Shown in pieces: positions 9,956-19,576 of a stretch of 36,136 nt of DNA. The notes under the pieces were generated by a model. It was not told the origin of the DNA, did not search any database, and was given only the letters and a program-made list of their open reading frames with translations. The position numbers were made by a program, and so were the translations under genes. This DNA comes from a virus (Duplodnaviria > Caudoviricetes). The first letter of the stretch is position 1. Each line of letters begins with the position of its first letter. The stretch is taken from IMG/VR virus record IMGVR_UViG_3300031227_000187, positions 1 to 36,136 of that record; one strand, written 5' to 3'.

Positions 9956-12173
9956 TTTGCTGTGCCTCCTGTGGCTGCTGCTGAGAACCTTCTAATGTTT
10001 GGTTGGCTATCTGGGCCATAGTCATGATTAAAGCATATATTTTAAACTCTATATCGACATTATCACTAACAATGTCAAATGCCATAGTTGCACCTTTGAT
10101 AGTCAATTTAACACTATCTATGCTCTTTGTCAAATCTATACTTTCGGTGAACTCTTCTGTTGTTGTTGTATATTGCTTATATGCTTTCAGCGACATTGTT
10201 CCAGAGGACTGTGGCTCCATGTGGATTGCTAGTTTCCAGGTACGCAATGGATCTCCTAAAGTGAACCAGCCAAACCTCCTCAGGAACCTAATTGCTCCTA
10301 TGGAATACACGCTCGTGGAGTCTGGATTAGTAGTCCATGTTTCAGTAACAGTAAGTGTATATTGAGTATTACTGTCTATTTTCCTTCTCTGCCCATAGCC
10401 TGTTCCGCTAATGATATTTACCCATAACCCCTTGCATTCATCTGCTGTCCATGTTTGAGCATCGTCTGTTATGGTTGAATTGCCACCACTTATTATTCCT
10501 GTATCCGTGAGTTTACGTTCCGCTGCAATAAGCAAGTTAGCCCCATCATTTGTTCCTGTATCGCCTTTGTAGAGGTATCCATCATCATCACCAAATAGTC
10601 TTAATTCTCCGAGCTGATCACATGCCGTTGCTTGTATTCCTTCCTCTTCGCTCCATGCTTTCATTTCGGTATCATACACGTAACAAATATCATCTACCCA
10701 AAGATAATACTTCTCATCAATATATTTAGCATGGGCATACTGAAGATTAGTAGATTCAAGTGCCTGGAGAGATGGTAGTATTTGTTTGCCTATATTTACT
10801 GCCCCTTCTGCACCAAATACCCATACCCCAATCTCATGCTTAGACAAAAAGAATAAGTTCCCTTTTCCATCCTTGGCTATGGACCTGTGGGAGCATGTGC
10901 CGGTAGGAGATGGCGATTTCTGTACACCAAAGAAACCATCTTTAGTTGGACTAACAATATATATGCTACAATCAGTGAATATTGCAAGGGAACTCTCCAT
11001 GTCGCCCAATCCTGAAATTCCAGAGTTATCGTCATACTTAGCTTCAATAAAGTCTTTCGATCTCCATGTCTCTACCAGTGGTAATCCCATTACACTTTTG
11101 GCGCAATGGTATGCCCTCCACTTCTCAGAAATGATCTTATAAGTTTTTCCGCTTCCTCCGGTTCCAAGGTACAATGGCTTAATGCGTATAATCTGATTAC
11201 TAACGTCTACATCATAGATAATATATTTATGAGATTCATCGCCAGTAACTACTAAGTATTTGCCAATAATAGCATTTGTCCATCCAGTTCCAACTCCAGT
11301 TATTATTGTGTCTCCATTAACAACTGTTACCGTCCCTTCAGTATAATTCACATTACCTGCACACCATATAACTCCCATACTACTAGCCATATACGGCATG
11401 CTTGGCATAGGTGAGTTATCTTCTGGTGCTAACCCCTCTAACTCGTCATCACGGGCAGTAAGGGCTACGCTGGTGGTAGCTATAAGCACTTGCTTCTCAT
11501 AGAAGAATACTTCTCCACTTCCACGAGTACGATAAATACGGTAATAGTCAAATCGTGCATTAGGGGTGGTTATTTGCGAGGAAAGGTTGAGTAGTAACGC
11601 TGGGTTATCTCTGGTAGACAGAACTACATTAGTAGCATTTCCTAAATCAGTTTCATAGTTAGTCTTAGAATCGTAGAAACTTACCTTCACGGAATAGCTT
11701 ACTTCAGCAGTACCAGTATTGGATAATGCGTTACTTGCAAATATAGGAAAATCCATTACACCAACTTCTCTTATAGATTCTCCATCAAATAACTGTGGTC
11801 GATCAACACCATTACTCATCAGTAGTGGGCAGTCATTTAGGGTCGAATAGTTCCAATAACCACCTAAAGTACTTAATCCTGTTTCTAATGATGTGACTGA
11901 TGGGACAGAAGGATTAAATAGATTTATCTCTCCAGACTTATCTATAATAATATAATATGTTTTACCGTGGTACTTAAACTCTCTAACCCCAAGTACCTCA
12001 TTCCCTACATTAATACTATATCTTTCACAGCCTTGCCGTGGTTCCAATACTCCAGAAGTCTTATACTTTTGGTTGCGTACACGCAGAGATTGCTCGACAG
12101 GAACCGAGAGTGGATTGTCCCATTGGTTTTCGCCGCCAGTCCAGTTCGTGATTTTTACGTTCCTGATGCTTAT
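9939..12173 (-). CDS. Tail nozzle protein (P22 gp10 / T7 gp12-like), probable ATA start, 744 aa
   Basis: Beta-propeller-like content. The frame is open 42 codons upstream of the listed TTG and gives ISIRNVKITNWTGGENQWDNPLSVPVEQSLRVRNQKYKTSGVLEPRQG, the GG.N...P...N...G.L..R.G N-terminus typical of nozzles. AGGAGGT lies 5 nt upstream of the ATA. Confidence 0.7.
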   Translation of the reverse strand: MSIRNVKITNWTGGENQWDNPLSVPVEQSLRVRNQKYKTSGVLEPRQGCERYSINVGNEVLGVREFKYHGKTYYIIIDKSGEINLFNPSVPSVTSLETGLSTLGGYWNYSTLNDCPLLMSNGVDRPQLFDGESIREVGVMDFPIFASNALSNTGTAEVSYSVKVSFYDSKTNYETDLGNATNVVLSTRDNPALLLNLSSQITTPNARFDYYRIYRTRGSGEVFFYEKQVLIATTSVALTARDDELEGLAPEDNSPMPSMPYMASSMGVIWCAGNVNYTEGTVTVVNGDTIITGVGTGWTNAIIGKYLVVTGDESHKYIIYDVDVSNQIIRIKPLYLGTGGSGKTYKIISEKWRAYHCAKSVMGLPLVETWRSKDFIEAKYDDNSGISGLGDMESSLAIFTDCSIYIVSPTKDGFFGVQKSPSPTGTCSHRSIAKDGKGNLFFLSKHEIGVWVFGAEGAVNIGKQILPSLQALESTNLQYAHAKYIDEKYYLWVDDICYVYDTEMKAWSEEEGIQATACDQLGELRLFGDDDGYLYKGDTGTNDGANLLIAAERKLTDTGIISGGNSTITDDAQTWTADECKGLWVNIISGTGYGQRRKIDSNTQYTLTVTETWTTNPDSTSVYSIGAIRFLRRFGWFTLGDPLRTWKLAIHMEPQSSGTMSLKAYKQYTTTTEEFTESIDLTKSIDSVKLTIKGATMAFDIVSDNVDIEFKIYALIMTMAQIANQTLEGSQQQPQEAQQNDTTR

Positions 12174-13546
12174 GCTCCACCTCCTAACCCAAACTTAGTG
12201 TCTCCACTCTGGGTAGCACCAATAACATTTGCTGATCCTTCAAACTCTGTATGGAATGCTTCTAATTGTCCTCCCATACTTATCTGTTCATCAAAACGAT
12301 CAATAAAACCTATTTCGTTATCTGCTTCATATATCTGGGTAGCACCATCATCAATACGGTATAGCTCTTTCCCCACGCTCAAATAGCCATACTTTTCATT
12401 GCTTGCTGCTGAAGCTGGGGTATTGGTAGCATCAAAACTTCCTTCCAAAAAAGTTGACTTAGAACCAGTAGTACTAACTTCATATACTTTCGTTGTCTTA
12501 CTCGTTACAGCATCAATTACTCCGACATATAGTTTATCACTATTACTTACATAGTCGATTGATTCGCCAGAAGAACCACTAGATTGAATACTAGAGATAA
12601 GAGTATCATTCTTGTATACCTTTACTGCTCCCGATCCGTCAGCAGTAACAACATAAGGATATACCCCATCAGTTGTAAGCCCAGTTATTGCAGCAGCAAA
12701 TGGAGAGCTATAAGCACTCCATGATCCTCCGCTACCCTCATAAATGTACTCCGTGGATGCAACATATATCTTATTCCCAATTACACAGCAATCCACGATA
12801 TATTGCCACTGAACAAGATTGTCTCCGTACTCTCTCCATGAAGAACTAGCAAAGTCATATATTTCTATCGGAGAAGCTGGGGGCAATGCAGTTGGGTCGC
12901 CAATATTAACCACATATAACTGGTTATTCCAAAAGAATGGTCGTCCTGGTCGTGAGCGTATCTCAGTCCAAGAATTGTTGCTATACTGCTGAATGCTACT
13001 CGCATCTGAAGCAATTATCTTGCATGAAGTTATATTATCATAGTTGACTGCATTTCCTTTAACTAAATATATGCTTCCAGGCAATGCAGTAAATGTGCTA
13101 AGAAACTTCCATGCCTTAACCCAGCCTTTCTGTGGGGCTAACCCCTTTATACCCTGCCCCTGTGCCATCATCTCGATTTCGCCAGCATGAGAAGGCATGT
13201 TCATTAGACCATCAGGAATAGTGGATAATTTACGAAATTGGAATTGAGGAAGAGTCTTGGAGTTATCCTCTTCCTCTTCTGGTATTGATCCAGCCTCCTT
13301 TTCTTCGTCAATTATATTACTTTTGTTGAAAAGACTAGTCTCCACTCTATTATATGCAATATCCTCTGATGGTTGAACCTCAGAAACAGGGTATTTTATG
13401 TTTTCGTTACTTGTATCTATGCTCTCTAAACTAGTTGTTTTTGCACTTTCCTGAGTTGCAATGTTTAGCCGAGCATTGCTGGCAGAAATAGCCACCTCTT
13501 GCTTTGTCTGCGGTAACTCAAATGTTTTATCAATGACTTCCATCAT
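12170..13546 (-). CDS. Beta-propeller tail protein with acidic disordered N-terminus
   Basis: 458 aa; repeated blade-like motifs (NQLYV, NKIYV, DKLYV, ELYRI); lies between adaptor and nozzle genes. Confidence 0.55.
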   Translation of the reverse strand: MMEVIDKTFELPQTKQEVAISASNARLNIATQESAKTTSLESIDTSNENIKYPVSEVQPSEDIAYNRVETSLFNKSNIIDEEKEAGSIPEEEEDNSKTLPQFQFRKLSTIPDGLMNMPSHAGEIEMMAQGQGIKGLAPQKGWVKAWKFLSTFTALPGSIYLVKGNAVNYDNITSCKIIASDASSIQQYSNNSWTEIRSRPGRPFFWNNQLYVVNIGDPTALPPASPIEIYDFASSSWREYGDNLVQWQYIVDCCVIGNKIYVASTEYIYEGSGGSWSAYSSPFAAAITGLTTDGVYPYVVTADGSGAVKVYKNDTLISSIQSSGSSGESIDYVSNSDKLYVGVIDAVTSKTTKVYEVSTTGSKSTFLEGSFDATNTPASAASNEKYGYLSVGKELYRIDDGATQIYEADNEIGFIDRFDEQISMGGQLEAFHTEFEGSANVIGATQSGDTKFGLGGGA

Positions 13547-14352
13547 ATGATCATCATTGGGTTCTGGCTGTTACGACTAGATAATTGTCCGAGTCTCATC
13601 TGTAGCTCTTCCCATGTTTGTTTGCTTCCCTTGTTTTTCCCCATTTTATCACTAACTATATCACAAAGAAGAACTTGGAAATCAGGGTCTTCGGGCAGTT
13701 CACATTTTATCTCATATACTGATGCAGTAGTTAAAGTCTCATCCCATTCGTCTGTAGTTCCTACCTTTGTAGAACCTACATAATCAGTGAACACGTGTTC
13801 TTCCCCCGCTCCTGGTCCACTTACTCCCATTATCGTTGCATTGTTATAATAGTCATCCTTAGGCTCTACCGTACCAATGAGTGCTTCTGATGCAAGTGTT
13901 ACAGTAGTTGATGTCGCAGCCTGTGGTTTTCCACGATGAAGTTTAGGCAATCTACGAGTATATATAAAACTTACACTATCGCTCATGCCCGAAGCATAAT
14001 ATATCTTGTTACCACGGAGATAAGCCCAATAAGATCCTTTACCACTAATCCAGTTACTTAGTGTGTTTCCATCAAATATATGCCTCTGGTTCGGCAATAT
14101 AATCTCTACTGGCATACCATTTATACTAACATCTCTAACTCGCACAAAGTCAGTTGGGAGGGTCACTCCAGACGATGATGGGGTTTGGGTAGTCGATGCC
14201 GAGAACAAATCCTCTTCCTGGTCAGATATTTGACTAGCAATCATGGACTGTACACTGTTGACCTGATGCAGAATCAGACGAAGTGGAACCTTGACGAATC
14301 CTATGTCGTCAATAGTTATCCCAATAAGATCTACCATCTCTATTAAATTCAT
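13543..14352 (-). CDS. Head-tail adaptor protein 2 with inserted beta domain
   Basis: 269 aa; LPTDF motif, Y.R.LP.L motif and helical ends shared with 14349-14969; internal DDYYN..GPGAGE insertion. Confidence 0.65.
   Translation of the reverse strand: MNLIEMVDLIGITIDDIGFVKVPLRLILHQVNSVQSMIASQISDQEEDLFSASTTQTPSSSGVTLPTDFVRVRDVSINGMPVEIILPNQRHIFDGNTLSNWISGKGSYWAYLRGNKIYYASGMSDSVSFIYTRRLPKLHRGKPQAATSTTVTLASEALIGTVEPKDDYYNNATIMGVSGPGAGEEHVFTDYVGSTKVGTTDEWDETLTTASVYEIKCELPEDPDFQVLLCDIVSDKMGKNKGSKQTWEELQMRLGQLSSRNSQNPMMII
13789..13800. repeat. Palindrome GAACACGTGTTC, copy 2 (intragenic)
   Basis: Read directly from the sequence. Confidence 0.9.
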
Positions 14353-14969
14353 CCTGTTTCTTCCTTTTGGTCTTTGCCAAGTAGGATCTTTAGGTTTTCC
14401 ATGGTTGTTTGTAGTATTGCCTTCCCCTCTGCTACGCTTTCCTTTATTGAGATGGCATTAGAAGCTGCGAGTCCAACTATAATAGGACTATAACTTGCAT
14501 CGACTAACACTGTATCAGTCCCGGCAGAAAGAGTAGGGGGAACCTTCAGGTAGAAGAATCTGAGGCCATCTGTTTCGTTATCAGCTGGAGATGGGAATAA
14601 AACAATGTTTGCACCTTTGGTAGTATAGGCTGGCTGAGACTTCAATGGCTGTGCATAGGTGTTGTTCTCCCAGACTGCATACTCTGCATAGCGTACTTTA
14701 CGAGCCTGTACATCAGAAACCATTACAGTTGATTCTATATAGTAATCCGTTGGCAAAGGATACGCACTAGTCCCACTGACAAGGTCAGTCTCATCAAGAT
14801 CATTATAGTTTCTCAGGGCATCGTCAGGGAGTAATGACCAGAGTGTCAATAACGAATTATTGATATAAAGAGTCAAGTCGTCATCATCCCAAAACGCACT
14901 TTCAGAACACTGAGCATCACTGAGTTGAATCCTTGTATCAGCAAGTAATTGAGTTAGAGTTATACTCAT
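14349..14969 (-). CDS. Head-tail adaptor protein 1 (P22 gp4 / T7 gp11-like position)
   Basis: 206 aa; T..QL....R..L.D.....FWDDDDL..YIN, YPLPTDY, LFPSP and YLKVPPTL motifs typical of podovirus adaptors. Confidence 0.7.
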   Translation of the reverse strand: MSITLTQLLADTRIQLSDAQCSESAFWDDDDLTLYINNSLLTLWSLLPDDALRNYNDLDETDLVSGTSAYPLPTDYYIESTVMVSDVQARKVRYAEYAVWENNTYAQPLKSQPAYTTKGANIVLFPSPADNETDGLRFFYLKVPPTLSAGTDTVLVDASYSPIIVGLAASNAISIKESVAEGKAILQTTMENLKILLGKDQKEETG

Positions 14970-15409
14970 TAGTTTTCTTTCCTTCCTGGCATAACTACAC
15001 TAAAGTTTTTAATTGTTTTAAGCTCTGAAGCAGTTGCGGCATTAAACTCGTCCCACTTCTTGTCTTTGTTTTCTTCTTCTTCATCCATCTTTTTGTCGAA
15101 GTGTTTCTTTAACCAATCTTCTCTACCCCATCTTTCCTTGTCCCTACGCCACATCTCTTCCATTACTCTCCCGTTTAGTGGCTGTCCAGGTTTAAGGTGG
15201 AATAGTCGGTCATATATAACCTTATAATAGCTATGCTCAATTAACCCCATGTTTTCCACTTTGAATCTCCGTACTATCTTTGATTCGTCTACTACACACC
15301 AATGTCCATTTTCTGGGGTACGACCCATCCATTCAAGGCCAAGGTTACGATCAAACTTCTTTAACTTTGCCATAAATACTGCTGGTATCGCCGGGGCTGC
15401 TGCTTCCAT
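14969..15409 (-). CDS. Hypothetical phage protein
   Basis: 146 aa, coupled to the adaptor gene, AAAGGA SD. Confidence 0.75.
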   Translation of the reverse strand: MEAAAPAIPAVFMAKLKKFDRNLGLEWMGRTPENGHWCVVDESKIVRRFKVENMGLIEHSYYKVIYDRLFHLKPGQPLNGRVMEEMWRRDKERWGREDWLKKHFDKKMDEEEENKDKKWDEFNAATASELKTIKNFSVVMPGRKEN

Positions 15410-15427
15410 GATTATATTCCTTTCGGG

Positions 15428-15766
15428 TTATTTGGGGCGATTAGTAAGTTCTCTTACCAATGCTTCAATTCTCTTTACAGTTGCTTCGGTATATTTGACA
15501 GATTCTTCAATCTTGATAATTCTTTTCTCGTTAGAATGTGATAAGCCAGTACCATCTCGCTTGAGGTCTACTATATCTTCATCTTGCTCATTCTGTCTTA
15601 TGCAAACAGCTTTTACATGTTGACCTAATGCTATCCTTACCGCAGAGATGTCAGAACCAAGATTAGCCCAAGCTATAGTGATGGTGACGATTAGGATGAC
15701 CACTGGCAGCAAGGTTCCAACCCACTTCCTGAGCCTATCTGTTTCTATTGTTATATTAGGATTCAT
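15428..15766 (-). CDS. Membrane-anchored coiled-coil protein (possible lysis accessory)
   Basis: 112 aa; one hydrophobic helix (WVGTLLPVVILIVTITIAW) followed by heptad repeats; GAGGT SD. Confidence 0.55.
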   Translation of the reverse strand: MNPNITIETDRLRKWVGTLLPVVILIVTITIAWANLGSDISAVRIALGQHVKAVCIRQNEQDEDIVDLKRDGTGLSHSNEKRIIKIEESVKYTEATVKRIEALVRELTNRPK

Positions 15767-15829
15767 TTGCGGAGCTACCTCTATATTGAATCAGAATAAT
15801 CTATATTTTTCCGTCTTATAGTCATAAGC

Positions 15830-15876
15830 AAAAAATATGCAGACACTCCCCCCGATTTCTCAGGGGGAGTGTCTGC
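15830..15876 (-). terminator. Intrinsic terminator after the head genes
   Basis: Perfect 14-bp stem GCAGACACTCCCCC/GGGGGAGTGTCTGC (15839-15852 with 15863-15876), followed on the minus strand by ATATTTTTT, 7 nt after the stop at 15884. Confidence 0.85.
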
Positions 15877-15883
15877 GTTAGGG

Positions 15884-17209
15884 TTAAATTCCAATCAGAC
15901 GCCAGTTGGTTCCGTCAAACTGAGCCTGCATCGGCCCAACTATTACGTCACCAGCGGCAGTAGCGTTACCGGCCCGATCTTGAAGTGTATCAGACACTCC
16001 ATCAACCGATAGAGTTGAAGCACCATCTCCAGCGGTATCAGATGTCCAGGTGATGATCTGACCTTCAGCCGGAGTAGTCACTACCATGTTAGGGGTAGCA
16101 TCCAGTACATATGTATTCGCATCCGTACTGGCAGAATCGCCAGCATAAAACGCGGCACCAAATACCTGGAAGTTTCCAACGGCATTAATTACACCATCAG
16201 TGTTATTGTCGATGGTTTCTCCGTTCTGGAGTTCGATGTCCTTGGTTATTGTACCAACATCGGTACTGAACTGTAACCCAATCGGCAACACCGCAGAATC
16301 GGTAGCCTGAATCCTAGATGCCGCAGTCAGGTGATTACTTTCCACCTGGATAGACTGCCCAAAGTCGCAATAACTGGTACACTTGATATATGCACCATAA
16401 ACAGCAGAGGTGATCGACTTCTTTACATTAGGCCAGATAAAAGCGGCACTGACTTGTCCACCGGTTATATCAGTTACACCAGCATCAACATCCACGGTCA
16501 ACTGGGCACCCATTACTCCATCATGAAGGGTCAGGGTATGCGCACCAGAGACATTAGACATAAAAATACCACCGTATAACTGATTAGCTTCCGTATCAGT
16601 AGCCATCGTCATTGAAGACAGTGAGTAACTAGCATAAACGGCATCAATGTTACCAATTGAGGTCACACTGGATGATGTACCGAGCAAATTGCCTCGGCTC
16701 AAATATGCACCACTCGCAACCGCACCCTGAGCAACATCAAAATCAGCGGCGAAATAATTAGCATCAGCACCGGCACTAGTCGTGTCAATGTCAATACCTT
16801 TCAAGACACTGGTAACAACCTGACTGGTAGCCGCTAACGTGGTAAATGAACCAGCAGCAGGAGTATTTCCACCTACTATACCATCTACCGCACCAGTCAC
16901 ATCACCAGTTACGTCTCCAGTAATATCACCAGTGAGGGTTCCAGTAACAGCTAATGCAGTTTCAACGTCAACATTCTGGAAAGTCCAGGTATCGGTAGTC
17001 ACCTGATCCATATTACGGGGGCGGAGGAGGGCAAAGGAATTGCCACACAGCATGAAACTTGCAAGTCCAGCCACAATCAAAATGCTTGCTACTTTCTTGG
17101 CTTTGGATTTGGCGGCGGGTTTGACTTCTTTGACGGGTTTGTTAGTTATCTCCAAGACTACGTTCTTGACATAGTCCCGAAGTCCAATAATTCTATCTGC
17201 TCTAATCAT
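15884..17209 (-). CDS. Head fibre/decoration-like protein with signal-peptide-like segment
   Basis: 441 aa, Gly/Thr/Ala-rich beta content, TGTLTGDITGDVTGDVTG repeat, immediately after the capsid gene. Confidence 0.55.
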   Translation of the reverse strand: MIRADRIIGLRDYVKNVVLEITNKPVKEVKPAAKSKAKKVASILIVAGLASFMLCGNSFALLRPRNMDQVTTDTWTFQNVDVETALAVTGTLTGDITGDVTGDVTGAVDGIVGGNTPAAGSFTTLAATSQVVTSVLKGIDIDTTSAGADANYFAADFDVAQGAVASGAYLSRGNLLGTSSSVTSIGNIDAVYASYSLSSMTMATDTEANQLYGGIFMSNVSGAHTLTLHDGVMGAQLTVDVDAGVTDITGGQVSAAFIWPNVKKSITSAVYGAYIKCTSYCDFGQSIQVESNHLTAASRIQATDSAVLPIGLQFSTDVGTITKDIELQNGETIDNNTDGVINAVGNFQVFGAAFYAGDSASTDANTYVLDATPNMVVTTPAEGQIITWTSDTAGDGASTLSVDGVSDTLQDRAGNATAAGDVIVGPMQAQFDGTNWRLIGI

Positions 17210-17266
17210 GATCTTTCTCCTAATAGTTTACCCCCGACTCATTTGGATCGGGATACTCAGGTTGGT

Positions 17267-17311
17267 GTCTGCCCTTGGGGCATACCCCTATGGCATACCC
17301 CAAGGACAAAC
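17267..17311 (-). other. 20-bp RNA stem-loop after the capsid gene
   Basis: GTTTGTCCTTGGGGTATGCC-ATAGG-GGTATGCCCCAAGGGCAGAC; the four non-Watson-Crick pairs are all G-U on the sense strand; no U tract. Confidence 0.8.
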
Positions 17312-17323
17312 TATTACTGGTTA

Positions 17324-18565
17324 TTATTTCTCGTTCAAATCATAAAGCATTGTTGACTTCCTGGGGTTGGTGCAGGCCAAGTTTTCATAAGAACGGAGAG
17401 CAGCCATAACCGAATCACTGGAAGTAGCCGCAGTAACCATGCTATGGAAAATCCCATTAATCGGACCAGGAACCCAGTTAGCACCATCACCCATGCGATA
17501 CAGAGTGAAAGTAGACTCATCAAGGAAATACATAGTCCCTGGAGTCATGTGCCGTTCAGCAACAACCGGTATAGGTTTATCTCCACCACTATACTCAAGG
17601 CCAGTAAATCCACCATCCAGCTTGAGGGTGTCAGGATAGTTGTAACGCCTGTCAGCGATGAGATGATCGACATACGCCCGTCTAGTAGCATTACGACAAT
17701 GGATAGCTGTAACCTCTCCCATCGCCTTGGCAGCCGGTTCATCAACAGCCTGCTGCATCAGGTTAAGAGTAAGATCACGGTCAACAGTGCCATTCCCAAG
17801 AAGATTAGCCTTCCACTCTGCAACCACGCCACGATCAACACCAAGATAAGTGTCAGTACCGGTAGTGTTAAAGATATTATCAAGGCCGTACATCTGCTTA
17901 TTCTTATTGCCATAAATGTAAATCTTATCAGAAGAAGCAATGTCTGTAGCCAGAATACCGGAAAAGCTGATTGTAGTGCTACTAAGAATAGACTCGATAA
18001 TCAAGCCACCAGTAGACAGCTCAGCCCACGAATTGGACTCATCTAATACACCAATCCGCATACCAGGATACATCCACTGTGAAGTGTCTACAGTGAGCGC
18101 ACCAGGGGCAGCAGCAGTATATGTTCCCGCAGTTTCAGCACCAGCTGCAGTCGAAATAAGACCCTCATGGGCCTTGACGCACTGGATGTTCAGGGCCAGC
18201 TTCAAACTGTCCTGGGCCGCTTTACTCTGGCTAGTTACAACACTGATAAAAGCACCAATGTCTTTAGCCGAAGCTGCTTCGATTATGCCACTAAACTGGA
18301 TGCGTACATAATGAAACGCAAGCGGAATAATAGCTTGTTCTTTCGGGAGAGTTCCCGGTGCTGGAAGTCCAGCCGTGTCATTCTCGTCACGAGAACCAGT
18401 CGGGAGCAAACCTCTCTGCAGTGCGACTGTGGCATTCTTTCCTACGATATCGTCCGAATTCTTTTCCATGCGGAAATAGAAATACGAACTGGTGTTCAAC
18501 AGTTTCCTGATATTCGCAATATAGAATATCTTCAGGAAATCTGCAAATGTTGACATAGTTTCCAT
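17324..18565 (-). CDS. Major capsid protein (HK97 fold with insertion domain)
   Basis: 413 aa after the scaffold gene; LKIFY N-terminus, GLDNI...YLGVDR...WKAN, LDGGFTGLEY and YENLACTNPR motifs; AGGAG SD; flanked by RNA structures. Confidence 0.85.
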   Translation of the reverse strand: METMSTFADFLKIFYIANIRKLLNTSSYFYFRMEKNSDDIVGKNATVALQRGLLPTGSRDENDTAGLPAPGTLPKEQAIIPLAFHYVRIQFSGIIEAASAKDIGAFISVVTSQSKAAQDSLKLALNIQCVKAHEGLISTAAGAETAGTYTAAAPGALTVDTSQWMYPGMRIGVLDESNSWAELSTGGLIIESILSSTTISFSGILATDIASSDKIYIYGNKNKQMYGLDNIFNTTGTDTYLGVDRGVVAEWKANLLGNGTVDRDLTLNLMQQAVDEPAAKAMGEVTAIHCRNATRRAYVDHLIADRRYNYPDTLKLDGGFTGLEYSGGDKPIPVVAERHMTPGTMYFLDESTFTLYRMGDGANWVPGPINGIFHSMVTAATSSDSVMAALRSYENLACTNPRKSTMLYDLNEK

Positions 18566-18582
18566 AGTATAAGTCTCCTAAT

Positions 18583-19485
18583 TTACCCAACTCCTCCTTT
18601 CATTCGCTGGAGGAATATTTGGGCTAGTTTCTTTTCAGTTGCTTTCCACTTCTTTGTCCCAAATGCACCCAAGTCATCAACATTGAAAGTTTCAGCAGAT
18701 ACAGCACTTGCACCACCAGTTACAGGTGATCTTAACCCCGCCGTAGGATCAGCCAGTTTTGGAGAACGGGTTGTTGGGGTGTTACCCAATCCCAATTCAT
18801 CTCTTACTATTTCGGCTAATTCTTCTGGTGGAGTATTTGCATAATGAGTGAGGCTTCCATAGGCCATGAGAGCTTTAAGTGGTACATTCTTTTCCTTTGC
18901 TACTTTAGCAAAGGTAGTCTGAATACCTCTTACCTGATCCAGTTGCTTAATGCCGTTTATCTCACCCAACAGTTGTTGCATCGCATTATTCTGGTGAGAC
19001 ACTTGCTTTTTAAGCTGAAACACTTCATATGCTTCTGGATCATCAGTCCTCAGAGTCTTCTCTTCTTCACTCTCCACTGGAACTGCGGGAGCTTCTGCTA
19101 ATATCCGTTCGAGTTCTGCCTTAACACCTGCACTAATCAGTTGTGGAGTATCTTTATCTATCCGATCCCGCAACTTGGCATTCTCTCTCTGCAGATTCTT
19201 CCAGGCTTCTACTGCTGCCTCCGATGTGACAAATGGTGAGCCAGGAATCGTAGCTGACTTCTCTTTGGGTTCCGGCCCGGTATTCTTTGGGGAAATAAGT
19301 TCCAATTCATCTGCCGTTAGTCCAGTAGCAGAAGCTATGGTTGGCGTTACCGCCGGCTTGCCCTCGTCAGCTGTTGCTGAACTGGGTGCTTGCGATGTTC
19401 CACCTTCACTATTTATCCCCATACTTGTGCCCAATTGGCTCTGTGCCTCTGGGCTAGCCATCATCTGTTCTAGGGCTGTTGTCAT
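18583..19485 (-). CDS. Capsid scaffolding protein
   Basis: Disordered N-terminus plus coiled coils, directly upstream of the capsid gene; start moved to the ATG at 19485 because GGAGG precedes it. Confidence 0.7.
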   Translation of the reverse strand: MTTALEQMMASPEAQSQLGTSMGINSEGGTSQAPSSATADEGKPAVTPTIASATGLTADELELISPKNTGPEPKEKSATIPGSPFVTSEAAVEAWKNLQRENAKLRDRIDKDTPQLISAGVKAELERILAEAPAVPVESEEEKTLRTDDPEAYEVFQLKKQVSHQNNAMQQLLGEINGIKQLDQVRGIQTTFAKVAKEKNVPLKALMAYGSLTHYANTPPEELAEIVRDELGLGNTPTTRSPKLADPTAGLRSPVTGGASAVSAETFNVDDLGAFGTKKWKATEKKLAQIFLQRMKGGVG

Positions 19486-19576
19486 TCGACATGCCTCCAT
19501 GTTACTTCTTGGGGTGGTATTACCCTTTCCCCAGTTGCTATAAAAATGGATGCAGTCACATCGACTGCTTGTCCAT

